In this document: piece after piece, positions 11,423-23,069 of the stretch
Position numbering within the stretch: position 1 is the first letter of the stretch
Layout: the number at the start of each line of letters is the position of its first letter
From: Porphyridium purpureum
Taxonomy: Eukaryota
Length of the DNA: 64,000 nucleotides
Assembly (NCBI GenBank): GCA_008690995.1
Contig: VRMN01000001.1
Location: forward strand, 1,116,001 to 1,180,000
Reading direction: 5' to 3'
The notes under the pieces: model-generated
The model's input: only the letters and a program-made list of their open reading frames with translations
The model's database searches: none
Told to the model about the DNA's origin: nothing
Program-made: the position numbers and the translations under genes

Positions 11423-12880
11423 ATGGAAGGCGTACCAATATCTGCAGAGTATGAGAAGCTGGCGGGGATTTCACGGCAGGCGCGCGCTCGCGTGGCAGAT
11501 GTGGAGCGCGAGATCGACGCGACCGAAGACGGAGACGACCGTAAAAATGGGCTGAGCTTGCTCGACGCGAAGACCTATGCGATGCTGCTGTACTGCCAGA
11601 ACGTCGTCGGCATGATGCACGACAGTATTCTTGGGACATGGCGCGCAGATGAACAGCATCCCATCAACAAAAGGCTCGCAGTGCTTCGGCTGGTGTTGGA
11701 ACGCATCTTTCCGATGGAAAAGAAGCTCTCGTACCAGATCGACCGGCTTCGTCGCGTCGCAGCGGACGCGTCACGTGCCAGCAAATCATTGCAGCCATCC
11801 AATATAAAGATGATGCTCAGACCCAAACCTTCCGAGCTGGTGGAGGGTGGTGCATGGAGCGACCGGAATGGACAAAACGCGGCGGATCATGAGGACGACT
11901 ACGAGGCCATGACCGCGGCGGCCGGAAGGTTGCCTTCAGCTAACGAGGACGATGAGGACACAGCGAGTCACGATGCAGATGATGCCACGCGTGACTTTGA
12001 GTCCAGCGGAAATGCATCCGCAAAATACTACCAGCCTCCTAAGCTCGCCGCCGTCACATTCGACGACGCACAAGATAAAGCTCAGCTCAAGCGTGACAGG
12101 GAGCGCGAACGCGCGAAACAAAGGGTTCGGCAAAGTGAAAGCGTGCGCGATTTGCTGATGCAGATGAGTGACCGTCCCGACGAAGTTCGTAATTTTGAAG
12201 ATGATGACGCGCTTGCAGCCGTGCGCCGGGAAGACATGGAGCGCGAGCGATATGAAGAGGAAAACTTTGTAAGGCTTACCATGACCAAGAAGGAGAAGAA
12301 AGCGCGCCGTGAGAAACTTCGAAACGCTGCGAGCCGGAATGATGCGTTCGGCGGTGACGATCTGGGAGATCTGTTGCAGCTGGCCGAACGCTCCCGAGAG
12401 GCTGTAGATGCAGAGCGTAGGGAACGCGAAGAGCGTATGAGACAACTGGAGCGCATTGAGGCAGGCACTGAAGCTCCGATGTCTGCGAAAAGACGCAAGC
12501 TCATAGCTTTAGGACCTGAACCTTCACGAAGGGCGGCGCGCACGGAAAGCATTGTGCTAGGGGACACCAATGACGATTCCGGTTCCGATATTGAGGATGA
12601 CATTCGAGGGGGTGGACGTGGCTTTTCAATGGGAATGGACAGTGATGACGAAGCAGGCGATGCGCGCCGCAGCCGCCGTTCGCCTATTGGGTTTCGAGGC
12701 CGCGGCCGTGGTCGCACTGGGTTTAGCTCTGGCGGCCGCCGTGGCGGCGGATTTAGCTCTGCGGGTCGTGGCGGCGGTCGTGGCGGCAGTCGTGGCGGTG
12801 GTCGTGGCGGCGGTCGTGGCGGCAGTCGTGGCGGTGGTCGTGGTCGTGGTGGTGGTTTCGCTCGGAGAAGCCGCGCATAA
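11423..12880 (+). CDS. NGDN: Neuroguidin/Lcp5 (Sas10/Utp3/C1D family) SSU processome factor with C-terminal RGG tail
   Basis: GLSLLDAKTYAMLLY, RLVLERIFPMEKKLSYQIDRL, LRPKP, YQPPKL, RERYEEENFVRL; likely start MEGVP at 11423. Confidence 0.85.
   Translation: MEGVPISAEYEKLAGISRQARARVADVEREIDATEDGDDRKNGLSLLDAKTYAMLLYCQNVVGMMHDSILGTWRADEQHPINKRLAVLRLVLERIFPMEKKLSYQIDRLRRVAADASRASKSLQPSNIKMMLRPKPSELVEGGAWSDRNGQNAADHEDDYEAMTAAAGRLPSANEDDEDTASHDADDATRDFESSGNASAKYYQPPKLAAVTFDDAQDKAQLKRDRERERAKQRVRQSESVRDLLMQMSDRPDEVRNFEDDDALAAVRREDMERERYEEENFVRLTMTKKEKKARREKLRNAASRNDAFGGDDLGDLLQLAERSREAVDAERREREERMRQLERIEAGTEAPMSAKRRKLIALGPEPSRRAARTESIVLGDTNDDSGSDIEDDIRGGGRGFSMGMDSDDEAGDARRSRRSPIGFRGRGRGRTGFSSGGRRGGGFSSAGRGGGRGGSRGGGRGGGRGGSRGGGRGRGGGFARRSRA
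12765..12855 (+). repeat. Coding 12-bp-period repeat (cgtggcggc/tggt) encoding RGGG/RGGS
   Basis: ggtcgtggcggcggtcgtggcggcagtcgtggcggtggtcgt... read directly. Confidence 0.85.
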
Positions 12881-13212
12881 GGTGTTTGACTTTCTCGCTT
12901 CCTCTGCGTAAACTTGTGTAAAGAAAGCATGCATTGCACGAAACGATTCGGTCTTGCTTAGGAGCGCGCGCGATGCTATGGAGTTTGTATTTTAAACATC
13001 ATGGCAGGTCACCGGCAGGAAAATGACCAAGCATATTCACAGCAGCAGGGTAGATAGGATCTGTAGCTTTTATCGGCTGAGATTGGACGAGATCACTGGA
13101 CCCGCCAGTTTGATCAACAAACAAACGGCTTTCGTTACCCAAAGGATGCTTGCCAAAATTCCCAAGGACGGACAAAGACGCAAGTATCAAGAAACGCAAA
13201 CTTTCACCCTGC

Positions 13213-14889
13213 CTACTGCAGATACTTTTTCAACATGCGGGCCGTACTCGAGTTGAAGCCTTCAACTGCTGCGCAGTTCTTTCGAGAGTCGGAGAGTTGG
13301 GTGCGCACCTGCTTGGCAAGCACTTTGCCCAGCTCCACGCCCCACTGGTCGAAGGAGTTAATATTCCAGATGAAGCCTTCAACAGTCGTGCGGTGCTCAA
13401 AGACCGCGAGGAGCTGCCCCAAGGAGAAGGCGGTCAGTTCATCGATGAGAAGCGAACTGCTTGGGCGATTTCCCGGGAAAACTTTGTGCGGCACCAATTC
13501 CTCCGGTACACCCTCGGCACGGACCTCTTCAGCCGTCTTGCCACACGCGAGCGCATCCGGTTGTGCGAAAAAGTTGCTCATGAGTTCGTCATGGTTGCTG
13601 ACCGACTCGTTTTCGAGCTCAATTGGGTTTTGGCTTTTGATGACACCAACAAAATCTGCCGGAACCACGCGTCCTTGGTGCATCAGCTGGTAAAAGCTGT
13701 GCTGCCCATTCGTGCCTGGCTCGCCAAAGTTGATAGGACCAGACGCGTGGGGCAGTTCGGACCCATCCAGACGGACGCGTTTGCCGTTGGATTCCATGTC
13801 AACTTGTTGGATGTGCGGTGCGAGCTTCAGAAGCGCCTGCTGGTACGGAAGCAAGGCACGCGTCGCGTGGCCCAGAAAAGTGCTGTTCCACACGCCCATC
13901 AAGCCCAGGAGGACAGGAATATTCTGCTCGTACGGCGCGGTCGCGAAATGGCGGTCCATGTCCCGAGCCCCGTCCAGAAACTTGCGCACCACGTCAAAGC
14001 CGTACTGGAGTGCAAGTGGCATCACGCCAACCGCCGAGCATACCGAAAAACGGCCCCCTACCCAGTCCCAAAATCCAAACGCGTTTTCCGGGTCGATCCC
14101 GAACTCAGACACCAGCTTGATATTCGTGCTCACCGCAATCATGTGCTTGGCAATAGCATCAGTGCCGAGCGAATCTGTGATCCATTTGCGCATTGTGCGC
14201 GCATTCAGCATGGTCTCCGCGGTCGTGAACGTCTTGCTAACAATCACAACTAGGGTTGTAGATGGATCGAGCCCCTCCGTGGCGCGCGCAACGTCCACAG
14301 GATCAACGTTTGCCAAGAAGCGCAGCTTGCGCCCGCTCGCACCGGCACGCGCTTCCGCATCATAGCGGAGCGCCTCGTAGACGAACTCTGGACCAAGATA
14401 TGAACCGCCGATGCCGACGGCTACCACGTCGGTCAGAGCCTTACCTGTGTGACCCTTGTGATCGCCCGAGCGCACGCTCTCCGAGAAGGCCTGGATCTTG
14501 TCCAGCACACTGTAAACATCGGCGACGACATCAACTCCGTCCAAGACCACCTTGTCGTCGCGCGCAGCGCGCAGCGCCGTGTGCAGCACTGCGCGGCCTT
14601 CGGTAGGGTTGATCTTCTCACCACTCATCATGCTGTTGATGCGCGCGGACAGCTGTGCTGCTTTGGCCAGCTCCAGCAGCCGCTCACGCGTGTCCATACT
14701 GACGCGCTGGCGCGAGTAATCCAACATCAGCCCATTGTGCTCGGCGACCATCGCGGCGCAACGCTCCTCATCCTGCAGCAGCTCGCGCAGGTGCGTTTCC
14801 TGGATCGATCCCACCTCAGCGTACAGGGATACCACACACTCCTCCATCGCCGTGCCTGCGGCGGTCTTGGCCACTGTCGCGGTCGCCAT
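13213..14889 (-). CDS. GPI: Glucose-6-phosphate isomerase, cytosolic
   Basis: [68 protein letters not shown]. Confidence 0.97.
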   Translation of the reverse strand: MATATVAKTAAGTAMEECVVSLYAEVGSIQETHLRELLQDEERCAAMVAEHNGLMLDYSRQRVSMDTRERLLELAKAAQLSARINSMMSGEKINPTEGRAVLHTALRAARDDKVVLDGVDVVADVYSVLDKIQAFSESVRSGDHKGHTGKALTDVVAVGIGGSYLGPEFVYEALRYDAEARAGASGRKLRFLANVDPVDVARATEGLDPSTTLVVIVSKTFTTAETMLNARTMRKWITDSLGTDAIAKHMIAVSTNIKLVSEFGIDPENAFGFWDWVGGRFSVCSAVGVMPLALQYGFDVVRKFLDGARDMDRHFATAPYEQNIPVLLGLMGVWNSTFLGHATRALLPYQQALLKLAPHIQQVDMESNGKRVRLDGSELPHASGPINFGEPGTNGQHSFYQLMHQGRVVPADFVGVIKSQNPIELENESVSNHDELMSNFFAQPDALACGKTAEEVRAEGVPEELVPHKVFPGNRPSSSLLIDELTAFSLGQLLAVFEHRTTVEGFIWNINSFDQWGVELGKVLAKQVRTQLSDSRKNCAAVEGFNSSTARMLKKYLQ

Positions 14890-15061
14890 CGTTGCCTGAT
14901 CTGCGCTCTTCCCTTTTCTTCACCCTGGCCGTCCCTCCGAGTCGCAGATGCAGCACCTCACAGCTCGTTCCCCGCACAACGTATTTCTCCAAATCAAAAG
15001 GGTACTAGTTTAGTAATTGACATCTCGCTGTGGGTGGTGTGGTGAGAGCCAACGAACTCTT

Positions 15062-15715
15062 CTAGAGCTCTTTGGTGTGTGCCTCGGCATGAATCGTCGA
15101 GATATGCTTGATTACGCTGCTACGTTGTACAAACGTCGACTGGCACGTGTTACACCGGTACAGACGCTGCCGCTCATGCCGGTGGCGAATATGTTTGAAC
15201 AAGTTGCTGCGCCGCTGGAAGCCCTTGCCGCACACGCCGCAGTTCAAACCCGCGCCCTGCGCCTTGATCAGCCTCGACTCCTGCGCAGGCAGTTTCGCGT
15301 ACGAGCCAAAGTTTCCCACCACCACTACAACACCATCTTCCACGGAAGGAATGGAGTCGTCCATGCTCTCAGACTTTCCGAGGCCCTGGTTCAGGCTCTT
15401 GTGCACAACCGACCCCGCTGCGATCAAGTGCTTTATCTCTTCGGTCTCCCGCGCTCCGTCCTCCGCAGTCAAATTAGTCCGCGACTCTCCATGCGGTAGA
15501 ACTCTAAGTCTCGGCCCAGCATGCGAATACACCAACCCGTGCAGTCCCACCTGAGCATCCAACGCTGGGATCGGTGAAGGGTCCGAGCCCGGAGCCGCAG
15601 CCCACCTGCCGGCGAGCTCTTCTGTCTGGTGGAGTCCATGTCGCGTTAGGAAGCGACGGAACAGCTGGTCAGTCATGAAAGTGTGTGCGAGAGTTCCGTG
15701 AGACCGTGGGTCCAT
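15062..15715 (-). CDS. C2H2 zinc-finger transcription factor (two C-terminal fingers)
   Basis: CGVCGKGFQRRSNLFKHIRHRH and CNTCQSTFVQRSSVIKHISTIH; first ATG at 15715 (frame open to 15949). Confidence 0.85.
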   Translation of the reverse strand: MDPRSHGTLAHTFMTDQLFRRFLTRHGLHQTEELAGRWAAAPGSDPSPIPALDAQVGLHGLVYSHAGPRLRVLPHGESRTNLTAEDGARETEEIKHLIAAGSVVHKSLNQGLGKSESMDDSIPSVEDGVVVVVGNFGSYAKLPAQESRLIKAQGAGLNCGVCGKGFQRRSNLFKHIRHRHERQRLYRCNTCQSTFVQRSSVIKHISTIHAEAHTKEL

Positions 15716-16692
15716 CGAAGGAGGGGCGTCCCGCCCGCGCCACGCTGAACAATCCGACAGCCGGCGCACAGGCTCGGTTGCTCGTCGTGCTCGTCCACAA
15801 GCGTCATAAACTTTCCCCTGCCATGCCCACAACCTCGCGCTCCTCTGCACACGATTTCCCGCGCGCCCTGGCTTTCGTGGCAGTGTGCGTCCTTTTCTTC
15901 TCACCGTTGCCGTCGTGCCGCACGTCGCCTTGTCTCTGCGGCCGGACAATGCATCCTCTCACACGTGTCTGCAGCCGCCCACCTCAACACACGTCGGGGC
16001 CGTGTCTTTATGCGAGGGAGGGAATGGAAGTCCGTGCCACCGGCTCACACGCGCGGATCGAGACTTTGGAGGCGTGCGGTCGTTGCTTGAACATATGCTC
16101 TGACGTGACTCGAGCGCTGGCAGTCGTTGCGCCTAACCCCAGTCGTCGCGGTAAAATCTACTCCATCGCCATCATTCTCTCTCTCTCACATATACACCGC
16201 TCCTCCAAACCCTCGTTGAAAAAGCATTTCTTTTCCGCGTTGGCCCCAAACGAATTTTATTGTCCACACTTTTTTTTGTTGTTTTTTGGCCACGTACCCA
16301 GCTAGAGAATATGCGTCGCTTGGAATAAGTGAATGAGGAAGGGAAACAAGGACACGGAGCGTGCGCGCGTCACGTCATTGAAACAAGGAGGATTCGGTGT
16401 GAACCGATGATGTCGGGTAGCAGCATGTTGCCGTGAAGCAAGCAGCTGGCCACGCTCACGCGGAGGCAGGTTTGTGTCTAGGATCGATCGCACCCAGGGA
16501 TGCTTGTGCGGAGTACACTTGGAGGAACACCGCCGCAGCGTGAGTCTGGCGACGCTGCCGACGCGTCGTTGGACGCCCGCTTGCGCGCGATGGCGAGAGG
16601 GTCGGAATCGGGCTCGCGCCGTGCCGGTCAAACGCACAGTGGCCACAGCTTTGACGGACGATTGACGCGCCGCGCACTTGGACAAGGGCTAG

Positions 16693-16747
16693 CACACACG
16701 CACACACGCACACACGCACACACGCACACACGCACAGACACACACAC
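16693..16747. repeat. (CACACACG)n / CA-type microsatellite
   Basis: Read directly. Confidence 0.9.
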
Positions 16748-17285
16748 GTGCTCGCAACTGCGCCGGAAGATTCAGAGTGATGATGAACGGCTCTGCAAGC
16801 ACGAGCGATCCTCACCGAAACGGGTTTCTTGCCACGAGCGGATTGACTCACGAAAGCAAGCAATGGTGCCAGTTACCGCCTTATCCACTCCCTGCCCCGT
16901 CGACCTGCGCAGATCAGTGGGTCCTGGCAGGTGTGCAACTGAGCGAAAGAATCACGTCGAATGCGACCATAGCACTGCATCTGTCCATGCACGGAGTGTG
17001 CAAACACGGCCGGAGTTCATGACGCGAAGGAGCAGTTCAACAGCATAGCGCTGAGAGGTCCACCGCTGCCTCGTCAGCGCCGCCCCAAGGACCTCGTTCG
17101 CGACGTATCTTCACCCCGTCTATCTGTACTCCAAATTGAACAGACAGAATCGCACTGTGCATCGCCTCGACATGTATTACACTCATACTTGCCACCCGTT
17201 CCGCGTGAGCTCAGTAAAGATCAATCACGCGCTTGCATCGACTTTGCTTCATTGGACAAGATTCGGTATCCGACCTAGTGGCGTG

Positions 17286-18719
17286 ATGATTCCGAACGGA
17301 TCGCCATCAGCACAGGCCCAGCGCCTGCTCTTGTTTGGCGTGCTTCTCTCCGTGTTCTGCTTCGCGGGCACTGTTTTCGGCTGGGCGCCCCTGCAATTAA
17401 TGCTGCTGGAGGAGGGGCAGTACGACGAGTTGTGTCGAAATTCTGCACGCCATGGCGTTGAGCAAGAGTCCTTGGCGGCGCCATCGTACTGTGCCGATCA
17501 ACTGAGTCGAATGCACTTTATTTACACGCTGGGATCGTTTGCGCTGTCCGCCGTGAGCTTGCCGGCAGGGTTGCTGCTTGATGCGGTCGGCCCGAAGCTG
17601 ACTTTGTGTATGAGCGCGGCCTTGCAAGTGGCTGGCCTCGTACTTCTGGCCTACTCAGACTCGCTCGCGTTCGACGCTTTCGTCCCAGCAATACTGCTCG
17701 TCGCTTGTTCAGGTTTGCTGGTCATGCTCGCTTCGTTTCCCGTCTCGTTCTTATTCCGAGACTATCAGCCCATGATACTCGCGGCAATTTCGTGCTTGTT
17801 TGACGCGTCATCACTGATCTTTGCTCTTGCATACCACCTGCGCTCGCTGGGTCGTAAGCGGCTGCTGCTTTTATACGCAGGGTTTGCAGCCATTTTGTAC
17901 GCATGCCTAGTCGCGCTGTGGCACGTTGTCGGTGAAGACGTGCTTTCAAACGCAACCAGCGCGAGCCCACGGACACAGGACGAAGAGCAGCGGCAAGAGA
18001 AACAGGAAGATCGACCTGCAGCCTCATTTTTGGACCGTTTGTCTTTGGAAAGGCAGCTCTCACTGCGAGATCGAACCGTCCTCGGGCAGCTCGCATCCAC
18101 CGATTTCGCCGTAATCTTGGTGTTCTCGTGCTGCCAAATGCTGCGATGCATCATCTACATTGGAATGTGTGATCAAGTGCTTCACTTTTATCATGACGAT
18201 GCACGCACAGGCTACTTTTATTCCAGTTTGTTCGGTTGGATTTTGCCCGTCGGTATCGTTTTCATTCCGCTCATCGATTTCACAGTCAGGCGGTTTGGCC
18301 TTATCTTTTCGCTGCAAATGACGAATGTTCTTGGGCTCGTTTACGGCCTCATGACCTTGATTCCCGTTTTGGCAGTCCAAGTACCTGTCTTCATCGTCTT
18401 TACGTGCTTCCGCGCCTTCCTATACGGCGTCATGTCCACGTTTAACGCCTGGGTATTTGGGTACCGCACGATTGGAAGGATGACGGGCTTTGTCTTTTCC
18501 ATCTCAGCCATTGTGTCGCTCTTGCAATACCCACTGGTTTCGATGGTGAACTACCGGTACGGTGGGAATCCTTTCTGGGTCTGTCTTTTTCTTGCGTTGG
18601 TCTGCCTGCCGCTTATTGTTATGATCGCAACTTATGGAAAGCGACATCACATAGTGCAGGTCACTGAAAGAGCAGAAGTACACTTCGACGATGCCAGTAC
18701 GCAGCCTCTTTTGAAGTAG
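17286..18719 (+). CDS. MFS transporter, SLC43/LAT3/Fmp42-like
   Basis: About 12 hydrophobic helices; FAGTVFGWAPLQLMLLEEGQYDELC, GLLLDAVGPK, ISCLFDASS; start uncertain. Confidence 0.85.
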   Translation: MIPNGSPSAQAQRLLLFGVLLSVFCFAGTVFGWAPLQLMLLEEGQYDELCRNSARHGVEQESLAAPSYCADQLSRMHFIYTLGSFALSAVSLPAGLLLDAVGPKLTLCMSAALQVAGLVLLAYSDSLAFDAFVPAILLVACSGLLVMLASFPVSFLFRDYQPMILAAISCLFDASSLIFALAYHLRSLGRKRLLLLYAGFAAILYACLVALWHVVGEDVLSNATSASPRTQDEEQRQEKQEDRPAASFLDRLSLERQLSLRDRTVLGQLASTDFAVILVFSCCQMLRCIIYIGMCDQVLHFYHDDARTGYFYSSLFGWILPVGIVFIPLIDFTVRRFGLIFSLQMTNVLGLVYGLMTLIPVLAVQVPVFIVFTCFRAFLYGVMSTFNAWVFGYRTIGRMTGFVFSISAIVSLLQYPLVSMVNYRYGGNPFWVCLFLALVCLPLIVMIATYGKRHHIVQVTERAEVHFDDASTQPLLK

Positions 18720-18788
18720 CAGAGTAGTGTATAAAGTGCGAATCCGTTCTTCTCATCGTTGCTCGCCCGCTCTTTCGTTAGTTAGACA

Positions 18789-20165
18789 TTACTTGCCTGG
18801 GCTAGGCGCGACCGAGTGCATCTGCTGACTCAGTACGCCTCCTGTCAAACGCAAACCAAGCACACTGCGAACATCGCGAAGAAAATGCAGCCCATACAAA
18901 ATTGGCAGCAGGTCCAGCAACTGCTCATCGTATGGGTCGTCGTACCACGCACCCACCGGCAGACCATTGGACGCATGCATGGCGTAGGACGACGGTGTGT
19001 TGTCTAACATGATCACGTTGCGTAGATCCGGCTCCACCATAGAAAGGTCCTTGATGAATTGTCCGTTGCGTTGGGTGCAATTTTCCCGGAAGTAGCGCTC
19101 CTGAATCACGCCACCATCGTCTAATGCATCGATAAGCGGATCTGCATACCTTCGCAAGCTCGCAGTGAACACCACAACGCGATACCAGTTCGCGACCATT
19201 CGAAGAAACGTGTGTACGTGAGGTCGCTTCTGGATGAAAAACGACGAGAATGAGTCGTCCGTCTCGTTCCGCAGGGTCACCTCAATATCTACACGGCCAA
19301 TGGGCCGCTTACGTTGCGCATGCACAAGAGTCTCGTCCAAATCCAGAACAAGAGTTTTGCGGGCCGCCGACAGGCACAAGCTTTGAGGCGGATGCAGCGC
19401 CTGGAGGGAGAGGCACTTTTCCAGAAAACACACAAAGGGGGACTGCGCTGCCTGTCGGAGCTGCCACGATGAAATTTGCGCCAAAAGCGTTCCCAACTCT
19501 CGAACCTGCTGAGGCACCGCACACCGCCAGGAGGTCACAGTGCTCTCGCTCATGCGCTCAGCTGCTGCCACTCTTTGCCAAACGTCTTGCTCCCAGCGCA
19601 GGCGTAACTTTTCGCGCACTCTGCGGGACGTCTGGCGCCACCGCATGATCAGAAAGTCGACATTTGTTCGGTAGTACTCGTGCTGCGGCTGGCTGCCCAG
19701 CTCGCACACAGAGATTTCATCGACGTGTGAATGGTTTTGCCGGAGCTGGTGGCTGCGGTTTGGATGCCCGGGCATGGAGCTTTCCATATCACCAAGACTT
19801 CGCTGTCTTTCATGAGCCAATTTGCATCCATAAGATTGCGATTGTAAGCGCGAAAGGGCCTGCGAGTGGCCAAAGCATTGGATACCGCCGTCGCCGTTTG
19901 GCGTGCTTCCCGCGCCCTCCTTCATCCGTGAGCGAATACGCATAAACTCGGACCGCGGGAGCGGCTGCGGGCGCCGTTTGGGGAGAAGCCGCAGAACCAT
20001 GAGTACACGCTCGACGGCGTGCAGCACCAGGAGCACCAACCAGACCACCGTGTCCACAAGCGACGTCAGCGAGATACGCAGCCCATGTGTCGACTTTGCC
20101 AGGACCCCGGCCACTGCGGCCGAGAACGACGACGCCAGCGACCTCCAGGATGACGAGCGCCCCAT
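18789..20165 (-). CDS. FCP1/NIF-family HAD phosphatase, Nem1/CTDNEP1 (Dullard)-like
   Basis: KTLVLDLDETLVH, KRPHVHTFL, VFTASLRRYADPLID, IKDLS, LDNTPSSY; N-terminal hydrophobic segment; C-terminal LRDVRSVLGLR. Confidence 0.9.
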   Translation of the reverse strand: MGRSSSWRSLASSFSAAVAGVLAKSTHGLRISLTSLVDTVVWLVLLVLHAVERVLMVLRLLPKRRPQPLPRSEFMRIRSRMKEGAGSTPNGDGGIQCFGHSQALSRLQSQSYGCKLAHERQRSLGDMESSMPGHPNRSHQLRQNHSHVDEISVCELGSQPQHEYYRTNVDFLIMRWRQTSRRVREKLRLRWEQDVWQRVAAAERMSESTVTSWRCAVPQQVRELGTLLAQISSWQLRQAAQSPFVCFLEKCLSLQALHPPQSLCLSAARKTLVLDLDETLVHAQRKRPIGRVDIEVTLRNETDDSFSSFFIQKRPHVHTFLRMVANWYRVVVFTASLRRYADPLIDALDDGGVIQERYFRENCTQRNGQFIKDLSMVEPDLRNVIMLDNTPSSYAMHASNGLPVGAWYDDPYDEQLLDLLPILYGLHFLRDVRSVLGLRLTGGVLSQQMHSVAPSPGK

Positions 20166-21486
20166 GAGCCCTTCTGCATTCGTACGCTACTCCCTTCCTC
20201 GGCCGTCTCTCTCATCCTCTTCCCGGCATGTCACGACACCGCCCTCAGTATTCTCTCCTCTTTCACCTATCCCAACAAGGCCACCTCATCCTTTTTTTTC
20301 TTTTTTCCGTGCGCTTCCAAATGCCGCGTGGGAGGTACAGTGCAAACGGGGGCCTGATCTCACTTGGACCGCTTACACAACGCGCAGCTTCCCTCGTGGC
20401 CAGGTGGAACCAGAGTTGATGCGCGCTTGGTGCGTGTTGTCGATGGAGCCCCGGCTCGTTGCGAGCTGGAGAAAAGGAGTGTGAGTGAGCGGCCCGGCGG
20501 CGTGCGGACAGGCAGAGGCAAGTGCGCGCATTGTGGGTTTCAATGTGATCGTTCCCGGCGGCGTGTGTGTGCGCGCGCTCGACCAACCGGTCTTTGCAAC
20601 AACAACAAGCGCCTCGACAGAACCTCTCAAATCGCGCCTGCGAGACAAGATGCTGAGGTGAGCGGCGCCGCACGTCGCACGCGAGCAAGAAATATTGGGC
20701 TTGTAGTTACCACAAGGCGAGCACGGAAGCCAAGACCATCACAGTTTTGCGTGTTGTTGGACTGCGCCAGACGGCACACGCTCCTACGGCACTTGACTGA
20801 GTGGCGCATCGACTTTCGCGCGAGCGCCACGGCGCGATCAGATGCCAGCGCATGTGGACGGCGCGCGGACGCGCGCTCTTTCTCTCCGCCTTTCGTGTTC
20901 CTCTTCCCGACAGAGTGACGAGGAAGCCGTTCGTGTGCATCCGTCAGTCACACCCGCTCCACGGCCACTGTTCCCAGTCGAGGCCGTGCGGCTCATGTGC
21001 ATTGCTGTACCGTGTGGGATGGAACAGAACACCCTGGTGATGATGCGCGCGGCATAAGGTACAGTCCAGCGTTTCGTCGCGTCTACGGGCGGGCGGGCGT
21101 GGGTGCTTTGGGTGGTGGGTTCCACCGCGAGATTAAAGTGTTGGAATTCAATGCGGATTTGCTATACAACTCGATCGAGGTGCGCGTGGCTGCGACGACG
21201 GGAGCGGCCGCACAAAGCCGCAAAGCAAAACGACAAAGCGCATCGAGTCGCGATAGAGCGCAGGGCCTCGAACGAACAGAGGCATACGCGTGGTGGGGCG
21301 GTGAAGATTTTTAGGCGGAGCGTGTGGACGGCGTGCGGAGCGAAGCGGTTGCGGCGCTGGGTATTTAGCGGCGGTTGGGCGAGCGAACGGGCTTTTCACG
21401 ACGTCAAGGTTCAAGCGTGTGTGTCAGAGACTGCGGAAGTGAAGCGAAGTAGCACGGGGTGGTTGCGCTTGTGGGGCAAGGCAAAC

Positions 21487-22707
21487 ATGGCAATGGCGGG
21501 ATTCGTGACTCTAGGGAGTGTGAATGTGAAGAGGAGCCAGGGATGGCCGCACGGAGGTGGTCGGAGCGCAAGCTTCGCGTCAACGTCAACAACAGCGGCC
21601 GTCGCTCACGTGCCAGTGCGCGCGCCGGTGCGCGTCGTTCTGCCAGACCATGCGTATGCCCGGCTCGACATCGTGCTGCCGTCACTAGATGTGGGCGGTG
21701 GCACTGGAGGCCTGGGCGGTAACGGTGGAAGTCACAGCGGAGGAGGTAATGGTGGCGGCGACTCGAATGACGGCAGCGAGTCGCACGGCGGTGGCCCAGC
21801 GACGCCCGCTGCGACGCTGGCCGTGCTTGGCCTGCTTCAGCAGAAGAAGAAGCTTGCTGCACTGCTTGGCAGTGTTGTACTCGTAACACTCGGCGGGTTC
21901 ATGATGTCCAAAAACATGAACTCTCTCGTTGCATCAGTTGCTGATGACCAATTCATTGATAGCGATAAGCCGCTCGTCGTGATGCTTTCGTGGATGGGTG
22001 CGAGGAAGAAGCACCTCGATCGATACAGGGAGTACTACACGGGGCTGGGCTATGAAGTCGTGTGTTACATGAACAGTATGGGCACCGCACTTGTTCCCTC
22101 CATGAGCGAGGAACAGGCTGCGCGCGTCCAGCTGCTGCTTGAACGCCAGCCGGAGGATCGCAAAGTGATCGTGCATGCCTTCAGCATTGGCACTGGTATC
22201 TACGGGCTAATGCTCAATCGCATCAAGCACGACGCTGAAAAGCTCAACAAGTTGAACAAGAACATTGTCGGTGTGATCTTTGACTCCGGTCCGTGCCACA
22301 TTTTCCCTCGCGATGTGGCCAAGGGTCTCCACACGGTGTTTCCGATTGTAAGTCGCACTCTGTGGCGCGGCGTGGCAGATTCGCTCTTCTGGTTGACCAA
22401 GGCGCGCAGGTCGTTCAGTCAAGCAGAGGCTGCACTCGCGCAGTTCCAGCTCCCAGCACCGCAGCTTTACTTTTCTTCCAAGGATGATCGCGTGGCGCCC
22501 AAGCTCCAGGAGTCGGTGAATTACTTTGTGGAGAACAACAAGAAGCGTGGCGTGCAGATCCAAAATATTGTCTTCGAGAGCTCGCGCCACGCCGCGCGTA
22601 TCATCCTGCACCCTGAGGAGTACATTCACAACCTGAACTTGTTCCTTGAGCAGTGCATGAACAAAGACTCGGAAGCTGCAGTACCAAAACCTGCTGCAAG
22701 TACTTAG
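21487..22707 (+). CDS. DUF829/TMEM53-family alpha/beta hydrolase-like protein, probable plastid membrane protein
   Basis: PLVVMLSWMGARKKHLDRY, VHAFSIG, GVIFDSGP, PQLYFSSKDD, FESSRH...HPEEY; transit peptide plus Gly-rich linker and TM segment. Confidence 0.82.
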   Translation: MAMAGFVTLGSVNVKRSQGWPHGGGRSASFASTSTTAAVAHVPVRAPVRVVLPDHAYARLDIVLPSLDVGGGTGGLGGNGGSHSGGGNGGGDSNDGSESHGGGPATPAATLAVLGLLQQKKKLAALLGSVVLVTLGGFMMSKNMNSLVASVADDQFIDSDKPLVVMLSWMGARKKHLDRYREYYTGLGYEVVCYMNSMGTALVPSMSEEQAARVQLLLERQPEDRKVIVHAFSIGTGIYGLMLNRIKHDAEKLNKLNKNIVGVIFDSGPCHIFPRDVAKGLHTVFPIVSRTLWRGVADSLFWLTKARRSFSQAEAALAQFQLPAPQLYFSSKDDRVAPKLQESVNYFVENNKKRGVQIQNIVFESSRHAARIILHPEEYIHNLNLFLEQCMNKDSEAAVPKPAAST

Positions 22708-23069
22708 AACTTGGTGGGACCTGCGAGCCCACGACTGTAATAATAGAGATCTTGTGCGTCTAGCTACAAGGCTGAACCGTTCCCCCTCGTTCGTCGAGGT
22801 GATCTCCGGGGGTTCGGGTGGACGCAGGTAGCCGTATGCGCATGAAATATTTAAAATTATTTTTAAGTTACTTTGTGCTGGCTCCTACTTGACTACTGGC
22901 CTAGGTTGCCGTGCACGGGTTGGCTCGAGACTCGCAGGCGAGTCGGCTCGGCGAGGCTGCAGGAGAAAACAAGAATATCACGAGAAGAATGGGTAGAAGG
23001 CGGCTTTAAACATTCCAGTCGCAAAATACCTGACGTCTGCCGTGACTACAGATTTCGGCTCTTTTTCGA

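Noticed and set aside
12082..12939. Pro/Arg-rich and Thr/Ala-rich ORFs
   Set aside because: Alternative frames of the RGG coding repeat
13150..14253. 367-aa plus-strand ORF overlapping GPI
   Set aside because: Antisense shadow of a codon-biased gene; no recognisable motifs
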